Positions 52,589-64,000 of a stretch of DNA of 64,000 bases are shown one piece after another; position 1 is the first letter of the stretch, and each line of letters begins with the position of its first letter. The stretch lies in NCBI GenBank assembly GCA_973895155.1, contig OZ316893.1:27476210-27540209 (forward strand), written 5' to 3'. Below the pieces are notes generated by a model. It saw nothing but the letters and a program-made list of their open reading frames with translations. It had not been told where the DNA came from and made no database searches. The stretch is from Marsupella aquatica (Eukaryota; Plantae; Marchantiophyta). The position numbers were made by a program, and so were the translations under genes.

Positions 52589-55101
52589 GCAAAAATTGGC
52601 CAAATCACACCTCCGCAAAAATCTTTCGCCACTTTTAGCAAACATTCGCTACTAGTTTTCTGTGTCATTAGCCAATGTTCCACCTAATCACAGGCCCCTT
52701 TAACCAGAATCTAACTGTCAGCCTTGCCTTAAATCTAGGGAAATCTCACGTTCCGAGATATAATTGAATAATGAATCTTTTGAGTATCACACACACATTC
52801 GCCACTGTGGCGAAAAAGTAAAATCCTTAAAAAATACGCTGACGACTACGTCATCGTTTTTGCCATTCATTCGATTTGCTACAGAGCTCTCCGTCTCTCT
52901 ATGTCGCTCGCCGTCTTCTTCTCGCTCGCTCGCTCATCTTCGTTCGTGATTTCGTGGAGGACGCTGAACAAGGTTTGTTCTCTTGGTGCGCATGTCGCGG
53001 TTCTCTGTCTATTTTGATCCGCTGGTCTAGTCTAATTCTCTCTCTCTCTCTCGGAGCTTCTTCGTGATTGATCGTCAATTTGATTCTATATACTTTTATG
53101 TGTTTCTGTTCGGGCTCTCTGGCTGCTTCCTCTCCATGCTAGAGTCCGAGATTGCCCTGTTTCGTCCTCGTTTCCGCTCTTTTCGCCTCTCCCCTGTGTG
53201 GCATTTTTCTATTCTTCCGGCTCGTGACTTCCTCAGCACTCGCGCTTTCTCCTTTGTGCACAATTTCTGCGGTTTCCTGTTTTGCCGGCTCGTGACCCTC
53301 CTACAACTTGCTGCTACAGTTTAGGACTTTTCTCTCCTATTGCTCTAGTTCGTTGTAGTACTTGCGGTGTTCCTATGGTCCTGTAGTCTGAGGGTCTCTG
53401 CGGAATTCTGCGTATCCTGTTTTTCTTGTGGAAAGCGTCTCCATCATCTCAACATTGCGGTGACAATAATATATCTGCTTTTCTTCCTCTGATTGTGGGC
53501 TGGGAGTTTGGGAACTTCTTCTGTCGTTATCCGTGAATAGTAGATTGCCGACACTTCGGTTGGGGAACGAGGGGCGGAGGCAGAGTCTGCATACGTGCCC
53601 GGAGACTCTTCAGTCGTCGGCGTCGTCCCTCTTCTTCCCGTTCTCTGCCTTGCCTACTGTTCCGTGTCCTGCGTCGTCTCCTTTCCCTGATTCCCTCAGT
53701 TCTCGTTGCGTAATTGGCTCACGTTGTCTCATTCACGACCTCCCATTCTTTAGTGCTTCTCTGGAATCATTCCGTTCTCTCCTCGTCGAAATCTTTTGGG
53801 AACTTTGCTTCTTCTTTCGTTTCGGAGCGAGACGGACAGCTTCATTTACAACTATCTTAACTCTCAGGGCGCAGAGAGACTTGCTGAGCGGTAGCCGTGG
53901 GAGTGCGTGGGAGTGCGGGAGAGCGGGCAAGCTCGTCTTCATCTTTTGGCGTCCGAAGGCTTCCGCTTTCGTGCTTCGGTATGGTTTCTAACCCTTGTCC
54001 TCAGCACTTTGTGTCAACTCGTTCCTCAGGCCTGGAGGTCCCAGTATGTCCTCGGACTAACAGGGAACCAGTGGCAGATCATACTTCTCGCTTGGAGTGT
54101 GCTCTTTTAGTGGTGAATGGGAATGTCGGGTAATGTGCGAGAACGTTCGAGGTACTGGAGTAGTCATTGTGCTCAAACGGTTGCATGTCCCCGTGGATTA
54201 CTTCTCCTCCCACATTACATGTATTGTCGGGTTCTGGTGGGATTATTCCCCTTCATTAAACGCGAATTAGAAGAAAGAAGAAAATCGGGTTTCAGTTGCG
54301 TGGATAGACTGGGGTTCTACTCTACTTCTGGTGTGCATGGAGGACGAATAGGGTGTACATGCGCGTTCTTCTTGTGTTGTACGTGCCGAGTTCACGGACC
54401 ACTTTTTTGGTTCACCTAGGCAAATGTTGTTCACCCTCTACACCCTGCAATGCTTGTAGAGCCTACTGGGCAGCATGGCCTTTAGTATGGGTCCCTCAAC
54501 GTTATAGATAATCCCGCAACGAGATGTTCGAGCAGAGGTTTCATTAAGAGAGGTTTTCGGGCCGGCGCGGTAAGCACTCTTGCTCCACGCTCGGCCTGAG
54601 GAGTGTTGGGTGAAAACTCAGTGCGGTCATGGCTAGAGAGAGATTTACATGCTCGCACTCAATTTCGTTTTCCAGGAGTAGAAACCGAGCGTAGCAGAGG
54701 TCCCACAGAGATTGTGCCGTTAAAACATTCACGTCCAGTTCGGGACCAGATTGCCTCTTTGCTATAGTAGTCAGTCGAAAATGTACATCCCAGGTTGGTC
54801 CAATCCGGTATTAGACGTCGAGGATGGCAGATTCGTAACCTTGAAGTCCGTGGCTACTCTTTCCTTCTATGGGTGCTACTTGCATTCTACAGTGTCTTGA
54901 GAAACTTTTGCCATGCAGATTTCTACCGACTCGCACTCCCCTGATAGCTGATCCTTCCTCTTGCAAACTTTCGTTAGGTGGCACATTCGACTGGTTGAAT
55001 TCCCTCTTGTAAGCCATATAGAAGTTGCGAATGCCGTTCACTTATTCTCAAGCCTTCTTTTTTCTCACACAGGTCGGTGAGGGGTGGAACGCGCGGGCAG
55101 A

Positions 55102-55542
55102 ATGGAGCTGGAGTATCGATCTTCACCGGCGGACACGAACGTCATCTACCTTGCGAGCTATCTTGGCCTGGGGGAACCTGCCGGCCACAGATGTGACCGC
55201 CTGTGTAATGTAGAGCATGTTTGGGCCAACCTCTACCGGTGTAAGTCGTCTAACGTGACACATGTGTGTGATAAGAACTGTAACCAAATGATTTTGTATG
55301 ATAACCATACAAGCGTCTGCAGAGTGAGTCGCCGGTTTTGTCCTCTGACCTCGGCAGAACAGGAAGCCGTCAGGGGAGTGAGGAGGAAGCGGGAAACAGT
55401 GTGCCACACAGAGAGCTGTGGATACAAGCGACGACACGAACTGAGGCCAAGTGCTTCAGATTTCCAGTTATCCTTCAAGATGGTGGTTCCACCGGTCTCT
55501 GGCCGGTATAACTCAGGAGCGAGCCCCATGGATATGAACTGA
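55102..55542 (+). CDS. Small conserved plant Cys/His-rich protein (UL92/SKIP31 C-terminal-like putative Zn-binding domain); probable 5'UTR intron 52973-55072
   Basis: HRCDRLC...YRCKSSNVTHVCDKNCNQMILYDNHTSVCRVS...AEQEAVRGVRRK...MDMN. Donor AAG|gtttg and acceptor ctcacacag|G lie upstream. Confidence 0.8.
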   Translation: MELEYRSSPADTNVIYLASYLGLGEPAGHRCDRLCNVEHVWANLYRCKSSNVTHVCDKNCNQMILYDNHTSVCRVSRRFCPLTSAEQEAVRGVRRKRETVCHTESCGYKRRHELRPSASDFQLSFKMVVPPVSGRYNSGASPMDMN

Positions 55543-58500
55543 CGAGGCGAGGCCTCGTGTCTCACTGCAGAAGTCGTAGCGAGCTTGTTGTACTATAGAA
55601 CCATAGGAAGACCGACAGCCCAGTAGGAGTAGAGTTACAAAATATCTCTAGAGACACTTTCAGAGATTCCTGGACGAGTTCATTATCCAAAGGGACTTGA
55701 AGTAACCCTGTAAAGAGAAATTACGATTTTCGGGTTGCTACTTCTCAGAACTGCCTGCAGAGCAGCTCCTACCGTTGCAAGTGAAAGTGATAGGAGAGTG
55801 ACATTTCTCGAACTGATGCAAATTTTAACTTGAGAGGATAATTTCATGACATTCTTAAAGTGTGTCTTACAGGCGTTTAGGTTCCGAACTAGGGATTACG
55901 TGGTGGAGAAATGTCCGCCCGCCCCTGGGAAGACTCTATGTCGCTTCGAATTTTAAGAAGCCGTCCTGATGATGCTCATTTTTGCTCCTGTCGGGGTACA
56001 AGTATTTTCACTCTCTGGTCCGGTGTGTGTTATTGCCAGTGAACAGGACGACACCCGTAATCATCACTTTCATGTCATATCGTGACCAGAACCCTCAGGA
56101 ATTGCTTGATAAGCTTCACGAAGTTCACCCAATGGATGGAACTCACATGCAGCACTTTGACCTGAACAGGTTATGCTTGAAGTAACTTGCCAAACTTGCT
56201 GCTTGGATGGAACTATGTTTATCATGTTCTTGCGGAAGAGATTTACCATTAAACACTGCAATTTGCGGTCTTGCGTATTGCCTTTACCTGAGTTGTTGGG
56301 AATGTAAGGGAAATTCTCTCGCACAAACTCAATGCTGAATATCGCAGCAAGGGTTTCCTTTTCCCCTGCAAGTTTGGACACGCACAAGGACTTTGGACTT
56401 GCACTCATTGAGCGTTGCAAATGCTGGTTCTTCTTCGTTACTTGCAGTTTCGCCACGCTTGTAGTGCTTTTCTGTTAGGTTTTTTCAATTTCTTAATAGA
56501 GACAAGATCATGTCAGCTGACTCTGGAGTTTTGAAGTCTATGCAGGATTAGTTACTAGAGACCCGTTGCAAGATAACTTTCGGCTTTGTTTTTTAATTCC
56601 CTGGAATGAATGGTGCAATTCAAGTTTCGTGTGTTACTTGTTTTGGAATGAATGCTGCAATTCAATTTTCGTTAGTAGAAATTTCTGTGCTGCAATATTC
56701 TGTTGACAATCTGGGATGTCCTTGAGCTGTTCAGGTAACACAGCCTATGCAGTGAAAGGAATGGATGACTGAGGAAGATTGGAGTTGGGTTTGCTTTCGA
56801 AACTCGATCTGGAGTTGGGTTTGCTTTTGTGGCTTTGACCACACTGACCCAAATTTGATTTTCGAAACAGTTATGTACCTCGTTGAGTTCCTGAACATCT
56901 GTGTTGTGGATCTCGCCTGACAGATGTAGAGTGGGTATGACTAAGGCATCTGTTGGACAACCGGCCTCGGAATTCGTCGCAAGCATGTGGTGAATGCAGG
57001 CTCAATATCGAAAGTGAGTGGTATTCTGGACCTCCTTTTCGGAGGGAAGTGCCGGTCCTCAACTTGGTTTGTATTTTGCACTTGAGTTCAAAAAGTACTC
57101 TTGGAGGTTGACCATGTTTACAGGACATCGCGTTCCGCTCTCGAGGAAATCAATGGTGGGCATAGAATGGTGTGGGTTCGTTTTGAGGTGCATTCCTCAG
57201 AAAACGCGAAGGTCAATGCGTCGCCAGCAGTTTCACAGGTGAGCATCACAGAAGCCTAACATCACACAGGACTGACCGGGACAAGCTCGACGACGGGATT
57301 CAACTTACGTACAAGTCCCTTCTTGGTGAGGAGTTTGTGTTCATTGATTGCATTCTCTAGATGAATGATTTTCTCGTCGACAAATTTTGTCTAGCGTGCA
57401 GCCACTGCTAACTTTTCGCTGTAGTTTTCTTCCAGTTTGTGTGCAGAGGCTTGATTCAAGGCGAGTCCTTTACATAGTTCTCAACTTAGATTTGGCTCGT
57501 CTTAGGTTCATTAAGGTAAAGGCAGTTAACATGGTTCACATATATAGTACGCACTCGAAGCGAAGTGGTAGAGACGCCTTTTAGGGGGCTTGTCTGGGAT
57601 TAGCAGATAAGCACCACAGATTGAGAGCCAGGATATATAGGTAATACCCATTTCCTTATTCATGGCACACCACGTGAAGATGTTCGAGAGGTTATTTGCT
57701 TCCGTGTTCTCTAGAGCATGTTTATCATGTAGTTCGTAGCTTCTCACAATGTTACAGTGAGAGGAAACTGCAAATAGCAGTCTGCTTCTACAGAACTGAT
57801 GTTGTCTTCAATGAGCTTCTAGGGATAGAGGAGGTATTCAACTTAGTTTGTATTGGTCTCAGTGGTAGAGAGTATACTTTGCCACACCCTGCGGAGTCAA
57901 GTCAAGAAAGGCTGTACAGTAGGAGGTGGAACTTGAGAGAAGAATTGTAGTGCAGGAAGGGAAGACCCAGAGGTCTCGTGAGAGTCGGATGAACGCATTG
58001 ATATCAGAAGATAAACGACTGGATCTCAACTATGTATCGCCATCAAATATTCTGGGGCTCAATAAATACAAAATTTTCTCTCTATGCGAGGGTTTTGTGT
58101 CTGTTTTCTTTAGGTTTTTTAAAGTTTTCCATCGGGTGACTAACTTACATGATCAGTAGGAGGGATTCTTCTTAGGCATCCTCGTCTCAAGCTGTGTGGA
58201 TGTGACGTTTGCTTGTGAGGTGACTGACTACTGCTCTCTAATATGTTTTACGATGGGGTGCACCTGCTTTTCATCCCAATGTTTTTTGGGTTGCCGCATT
58301 TGGTTGTGTCGGCTGAATTCGTAATATAAATTCATGCCCACGGAATTTTCAGTGAGGCAAATGCGGTTTCCCCAATGCTAGTCCGTATGGACCTATCAGA
58401 TCGTGTCTTAATTTGAAAATGTCTATTGTAGACACTGATGTCTTCAGGCCTCAATTTATTTCCACTGTCGCTTGGGCTCACCTGGAATTGTGTATTGACG

Positions 58501-59071
58501 ATTATGTTCCAGACTATTGTATCGATTACAGTCGGGTTACTCTAAACCCTACACCTTCCAAGTTTTGTTGTGCAATGGAGAGTTCCCGACACATTTTGTT
58601 AGTCTGGGATTTTCTCATTGCGGTTGTCCTGGATTCCTGGAGTTAATTGCAGCATGAGGAGCATGAATAGTAAAAGCCTTGTCGGATTTCTGCAATTATC
58701 GATGTAGCTATGCGAGATTTGTTGAATGAAGGAGTCCGTGAGAAATACTGAACGCATTTTCATGGAGTAAAGTTCGGTAAGTGCGAAATCCGAAGTCTGC
58801 AGGCTCAGGAAGTGAGAATAGTTTCTTCGAGTATCTTTTGCTGGTCTGCATGTGTATGTCCTGGAAGTTTTCAGTAAAGCTGGAACTGCCAACTTTTCCA
58901 GGCGACACTGATCTCGATTTCGAGTTCACTACACATTTGACCGCGCAAAGTCTGGAGAGCAGCGCTTCCTTTAAGCTTGAGGGAATAACAGCCTCTCCTG
59001 AGCAACTCTGCGGGCTCCACCTCACTTGCAAATGTACTAATAGTGAAAAAGGGCGACGGGAAATCGTACAA

Positions 59072-59142
59072 GCACTGCTGGTCTAGTGGTAGAATAGTAC
59101 CCTGCCACGGTACAGACCCGGGTTCGATTCCCGGGCAGTGCA
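59072..59142 (+). tRNA. trnG-GCC: tRNA-Gly (GCC)
   Basis: Cloverleaf with a GCACTGC/GCAGTGC acceptor stem, A box TGGTCTAGTGG, anticodon loop CTGCCAC and B box GGTTCGATTCC. Upstream CAA and downstream TTTT. Confidence 0.96.
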
Positions 59143-59523
59143 CGTTTTGCTATCCTCGTGTTATCGTGCGGGTTGAGTCTTATTTATACTCAGTTTCGTT
59201 TTGTGCCTACTACAAACGCTGCAGTTGAACGACAGAGGTTTTGCATATGTGGGGCTTTTCCTTTTGTGCCCTCAAGCAAGGTCGGCAAATCAGGTGGCAG
59301 ACCATGTGGTTTTTTCATATTGTGAATTAGGGCAAGGGGACAAAGAGAACCTTGTGGTTTTTCCAAGTGGAGTGGCGGCAACCTGTTAGCATCTTTTCGG
59401 TCTAAGTAGAAAATACAAGGTCAAATATATAGACAAATGACACCCAAGAAAGCTTACTTTCGATGGGCAACTTTGAAGACTGTCTCTGTGATACAAGTGC
59501 ACAAGCATATCAGATAACTACAA

Positions 59524-61270
59524 TGAAGCTGCTATATATGGTGAGTCCACTTTCCAGATTTTGTCTTATTAATAATTTTTGTGTCATCTATTTTTATTTC
59601 AATGTGCCTTATCAAGGGGCAGCTTTTGTATCATGTACATTTTAATTAGTTTTTAGACCCCTTTAATTTTAGGTATTCTGGAATATCTTGAGTTTATTTT
59701 GGCAGCCCCTTTATGACTTTTAAAGTATGTGATCTTTTAGAGATGAAACCAATGGGCTCCACCACTTGAACAAAACATTCTCATGAGTGAAAGAAACTAT
59801 TCTGAATACAAAGTTGCTTCACTTTTTAGAGTGGTCATCATTCAAATTTGCAGGGCACAAAAATTAAAAAACCTGACCAAGAGAAAGAATAAAACAAAAT
59901 TAAATTATATTTAGTGTGAAATAAAGAGTGACACTTTTTCCAAGAAGTGAAGGGGAATGTTAGGGAATGTCAATGCACAATAATCAAGTACTTTATGGAC
60001 CATGTAAGTATAGTACTATCCATGCATCCAATGCCCCATGCATAGAAATAGTACTATCCATGCATCCAATGCCCCATGCATAGAAATAGTACTCTCCATG
60101 CCTAGACATTCATATCAAGTATCCCATGATAATCTATGTACTAGGAGGAGTTTAATTGATTACAAATATTACATAATGTAATAAAAAAATCAAACCAAAA
60201 AAAAGTACAAAAGGCCTAAAAAAGAGGGGGGGGTGGGCAGGGAAGGTTTGCAAGGAATTAAAAAATGAAAAATATAAAGACAAAAATCATTTTTAATTGG
60301 TGATACTTTGTGGTTGTTGTTACTCATTTTTTGCACCACATTTTTTACTTAAGAACATTTTGGGTGACACCACATCATTTTTGCTTAACGGCATCTTGGG
60401 TGATACAACATCATTTTTCTAAAATAACAACATCTTGGGCAACACAACATCTGTTTTTCTTAATGACACCTTGCATGACATGACATCGTTTTTCTTAATA
60501 ACATCTTGGGCAACATGACATTTTTTTTTCTTAACGACATCTTGAGGGGCATGACATTTTTTTCTTCACGACATCTTTTGTGCAATGCACGGGTATTTTC
60601 TTCACGGCATCTTTTGTTCTCAACAACTTCTTGGCCGACATGACATATTTTGTCTCACCGACATCTTGGCTGACACAACATCTTCCTTCTCAACGACCTC
60701 TTGGTCGACACAATTAACATCTTTTGTTCTCAACGATGTCTTGGCTGACATGACATCTTTTGTTATCATCGGTTATCTTGGCCAACACAACATCTTTTGT
60801 TCTCACATCTTGGGCGACATGACATCTTTCTTCTCAGCGACCTCTTGGCTGACACAACATCTTTCTTTTCAACAACCTCTTGGCCGGCATGACATATTTA
60901 TTCTGGACAACCTCTTGGCCGACATGACCTCTTTTGTTCTCAACGACATCGGGAAATCTTGGTCATCGGGAAACCTAGGAAAGAAAAACATGAGGAGAAC
61001 TTAAGAGGCTATGCATTCATGTTCTTCAACATCATTTCTCTCACTCATGGTGGTGGAGCCTTTGGTTTCATCTCTAAGAAAACACACACCGTGAAAGGGG
61101 GCTGCCAAAATAAGTTCAAAACACTCTAGAATACCTAAAACTAAAGGGGTCTAAAAATTAATTAAAAATGTATAGAATACAAAGACTGCCTCAGATTGAA
61201 ATGAAAATACATGACACAAAAATCTGAATAAGACAAAATCTGAAATGTGCCTCATCATATAGCACCTTCA
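59524..61270. mobile_element. Fold-back/MULE-like non-autonomous element with TIRs of about 250 bp
   Basis: 59524-59800 is the imperfect reverse complement of 61035-61270 (e.g. TTTTTAGACCCCTTTA vs TAAAGGGGTCTAAAAA; ATTTTGGCAGCCCC vs GGGGCTGCCAAAAT). No clear TSD. Confidence 0.8.
60345..60950. repeat. Degenerate minisatellite of about 36-39 bp
   Basis: Consensus approximately CAACGACATCTTGGCCGACATGACATCTTTTGTTCT, roughly 15-16 units. Confidence 0.85.
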
Positions 61271-62891
61271 AAAAGGTCTACGTGGATTAGAGCAGTCTGT
61301 TTATGTTAAAGTTGATCTAAGTAAAAACTCTGTTTTTTGCCTTGCCTTCCCCTTTCCACACTTTATTACAACTCTTCCGTTTGCAATCCTATCTCCTGGA
61401 TCCTTATCTCCTGCTTTGGCGCATTTTTGGTCTTTTGATAGGATCAAACTTTGTTTTTTGCCTTGTGGAATATAACCCCACAAGAAGATTCCTAACCAAA
61501 AACATACCACAGATGAGGTATTTCCTCCTCCTGTGCTGGTCAAAAAGCCATTCTTTATTCCTCCAGTACCAAGTTTGATACCAGGTCCTCCCATGCTCGA
61601 CGAAGCTAATCTCAACCCGTCCACAACTGAGTTTGACGCGGGGCCCCGTACTGGATGAAGCTAATCTCTACTCCACAGGTAAATTTGAAACCAGGTCCTC
61701 CAGAGGTGGATGAAACTGTTCTCTACTTCCCACAGCTACGTTAGCTGTGGAGGAGTAGTGAATAACTTCCTCCAGCACAGGAGGAAGTACTTCACTTGTC
61801 ATGAAGCTTAGCTATGGAGGGAGAACAGCTTCAAAATTCTCGGAGGATTTAGTGTCGAGTAAAGATAAGCTCCGTCGGTAGAGAACAACTTCCCACAGCG
61901 AGCTTTGTCCCATTCTGAACTCTGGGTGATTTAGGGGACCAACTTCCGGAGGTCTAGGACCCAAGTATTGAACACCCATCTCATGATATCCATGTCACAG
62001 AGTAACTCACCTCGGGAGGGCTGGACCCAAGTATTGAACACCCGATTCTTCATATCCATGTGAAAGAGTAACTCACTTTGAACTTCGAATCCACGATCTA
62101 GTAGACTCACCTCGTTTCACCCACTACTAATAACTCTTTAGTACATTTAAATTTTCAAAAGCATATGTCCATGTAAACCATGCCGTCAAGATCGATAAAG
62201 CTCCAGCGTTCGACAAAAGGACGAACAAACTCGTTGCTAGGATAAATTTTCATTTGAATTTCAATACTCTCCTCGACGAGTTTACCCAATACAGAGGAAA
62301 AAGAAATTCGAGGTCAAACATTCGAAGATGTCCTGACTCACGACCTCCTTTCTACGAAGTAATGGAGACTTCGGTTGCCAGACCAGGCTCACAATCATCT
62401 TTGCAAATGCGCCTTGCACATAAATCTTTCTGTAGAATCGGGAATCGATTTCTCCACACTAGACGAGTGCTTACTAAGATTGGATGCCTTGAAGCATGCA
62501 TCAATCGGTAGAGAATTGTGGTTCTAGGAACTAGCCCTCAGTGAATTTTTGTTTAGCTCCTCTGCACATCATATCCGTCGTCTGGATTTGACCTCCCCAA
62601 ATGCGGACGTAGATGACGGATCTAGATTGAGCACATGATTATTCATGAGCGGAAGCTTGATTGACGCTCTTCTTCCGCGCTCTACTTTAGGGTCTTCGCT
62701 GTTCTCCTAAGCGAGCAGCTGACTAGTCGATGGTGATGTAGTTCTTGGTGGGACACAATTGATTCCTCGGGATCTCATGGATCGATTGTTGGACAGCTCA
62801 TCGGCAAGCTGCAGCAGCTCTCTGATCGACAATTCTGTCAGTTTAAGATCCCTCCACTCTGTTTGTGGGGAGTACCAACACTGTCCCCTTG

Positions 62892-63863
62892 TCATCGGTC
62901 GAACGTGTACAAGATATCAGACCGCATGGTGAACTTTGTCCCTTCTATCACGTCGTCCCCCGAATGCAACAGCCCCGCATGCTGGAAGACGAGAACCCTG
63001 CCCGCCACCGGATCAATGTTCAGTCGGTGCTCCATGTCGCGGCTGTGGAAGGTTGTTGCGCCACCGGTGCAGGTTTGGAACGTGGAGGAGGATGAACGTT
63101 CGGGCTGGACCGCAGCGAGGTCGGTCGCTTCCGAGTTTTTCTTCGCCTGCACAGAATCGTTAAGGTACAAATGCAATGTATAGAACGTTCTTTCCTCTTG
63201 ACCTGGCGTCTTGTAGAAGCCGTCGCAATGTGGCCTAAAAAACTGGCCTCTGCCATAGCGAAGAAACCGTAAGCGCTGGTTCAGCCCGGTAGGTTTCCAT
63301 CTATGGCCCAAGCTCACTGCAGTGCGCCCAAGAATGCTCTCTTTCTCCTTTCCTTCGATGACTGCTAAATCCTGACGGAGCTGTGGCGCGAGCAGGCAGC
63401 GTGACCAGATGCGGTTCGCGACATCGGCCGAGTCCCAGATGATCCGGTCGCTGTTTCGGTAGTCTGGCATGCTGTACTCCAACCCTGCGCGGCCAGAATT
63501 CACGAGGGCGGGCTTCCAGCCGTCGAATACTTTCTCTCCTTTCCCTCCTTTCTTTGGTTCCCTTCCTTCAGAGTGCGGTGCAACAGTACCAGTGTGCCCT
63601 CCGGCGCTGAGCTCTGCGAGGTAGATGAGCTCTTGGCATTCTGAGGGGCTTAGCACGTTGTCGAGCACGACGGCGTAGTGAGCTCGGTACTCGGGGATAG
63701 CGGAGGTGTTGAAGTCAATTTTGGTGTATGTTACCCGTGGTTGTGTGGACGGTGGTTGGCTGGAGAGGAAGTCTGTAGGGATGGAGACAGGGCGGGAGAT
63801 GTAGCTTGTTTCGACAAGTTCGCGTCCGCTGGTCTTGGCTCGGGCCTTTTTGAAGAACACCAT
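62892..63863 (-). CDS. 2OG-Fe(II) dioxygenase (prolyl-4-hydroxylase-alpha-like), intronless
   Basis: LNQRLRFLRY...F.PHCDG (HxD), TLHLYLND, GGATTF, GRVLVFQH...LLHSG (distal His) and KFTMRSD. Open 323-codon ORF. Confidence 0.9.
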   Translation of the reverse strand: MVFFKKARAKTSGRELVETSYISRPVSIPTDFLSSQPPSTQPRVTYTKIDFNTSAIPEYRAHYAVVLDNVLSPSECQELIYLAELSAGGHTGTVAPHSEGREPKKGGKGEKVFDGWKPALVNSGRAGLEYSMPDYRNSDRIIWDSADVANRIWSRCLLAPQLRQDLAVIEGKEKESILGRTAVSLGHRWKPTGLNQRLRFLRYGRGQFFRPHCDGFYKTPGQEERTFYTLHLYLNDSVQAKKNSEATDLAAVQPERSSSSTFQTCTGGATTFHSRDMEHRLNIDPVAGRVLVFQHAGLLHSGDDVIEGTKFTMRSDILYTFDR

Positions 63864-64000
63864 CGCTAATAGATTTGGCCGGTGGGAGAGGTTTCCAAGT
63901 GGTAACGAGGCTGATGTGCGTCACAACTAGTTGTCACAATCGGGTCAGAGGTTGCCTCAATCTGTATCCGGCGGCGTCAAATTCATGCAATGCTGGCGAA

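Noticed and set aside
59143-59260. Dicistronic tRNA-Gly-snoRNA as in Arabidopsis
   Set aside because: A TTTT terminator follows the tRNA and no C box (RTGATGA) is visible.
60585-61004. 139-aa repetitive ORF
   Set aside because: It is a by-product of the minisatellite.
61300-62100. Possible LTR/PBS fragment with short direct repeats (GATGAAGCTAATCTC; GGACCCAAGTATTGAACACCC twice)
   Set aside because: There is no second LTR, TSD, clear PBS or retroelement ORF.

Overview
This is eukaryotic, land-plant nuclear DNA, with GT-AG introns, a plant tRNA-Gly, PCO and an F-box/kelch gene. A bryophyte/liverwort origin is my inference and is not proven. Ordinary host genes: a mitochondrial complex I subunit (NUXM/NDUFB1-type), plant cysteine oxidase, a plastid-type NAD(P)-binding Rossmann protein, a small Cys/His-rich conserved protein and tRNA-Gly(GCC). 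There is also an intronless 2OG-Fe(II) oxygenase that resembles fungal proteins. Two mobile elements stand out. (1) A young Ty1/copia element (260-bp LTRs, AACTC TSD) lies inside an F-box/kelch gene, is itself hit by a MITE, and carries an open ANTISENSE ORF encoding an RNase H1 hybrid-binding (Cauli_VI) domain. (2) A decayed DNA transposon of about 13 kb (about 19.9-33.1 kb) encodes a Sola1/DUF7869-like transposase. Facing away from it is an intron-containing cargo gene (or two genes) with a ParB-like domain, an N4/N6 DNA-methylase-like fold and an FCP1-type HAD phosphatase. About 20 copies of a 17-bp palindrome (CTCGAGA-nnn-TCTCGAG) are concentrated in its introns and divergent promoter region. 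This second element is the best candidate for an undescribed system, possibly a self-recognising epigenetic or anti-silencing module. All domain calls are by motif recognition; no database search was run.
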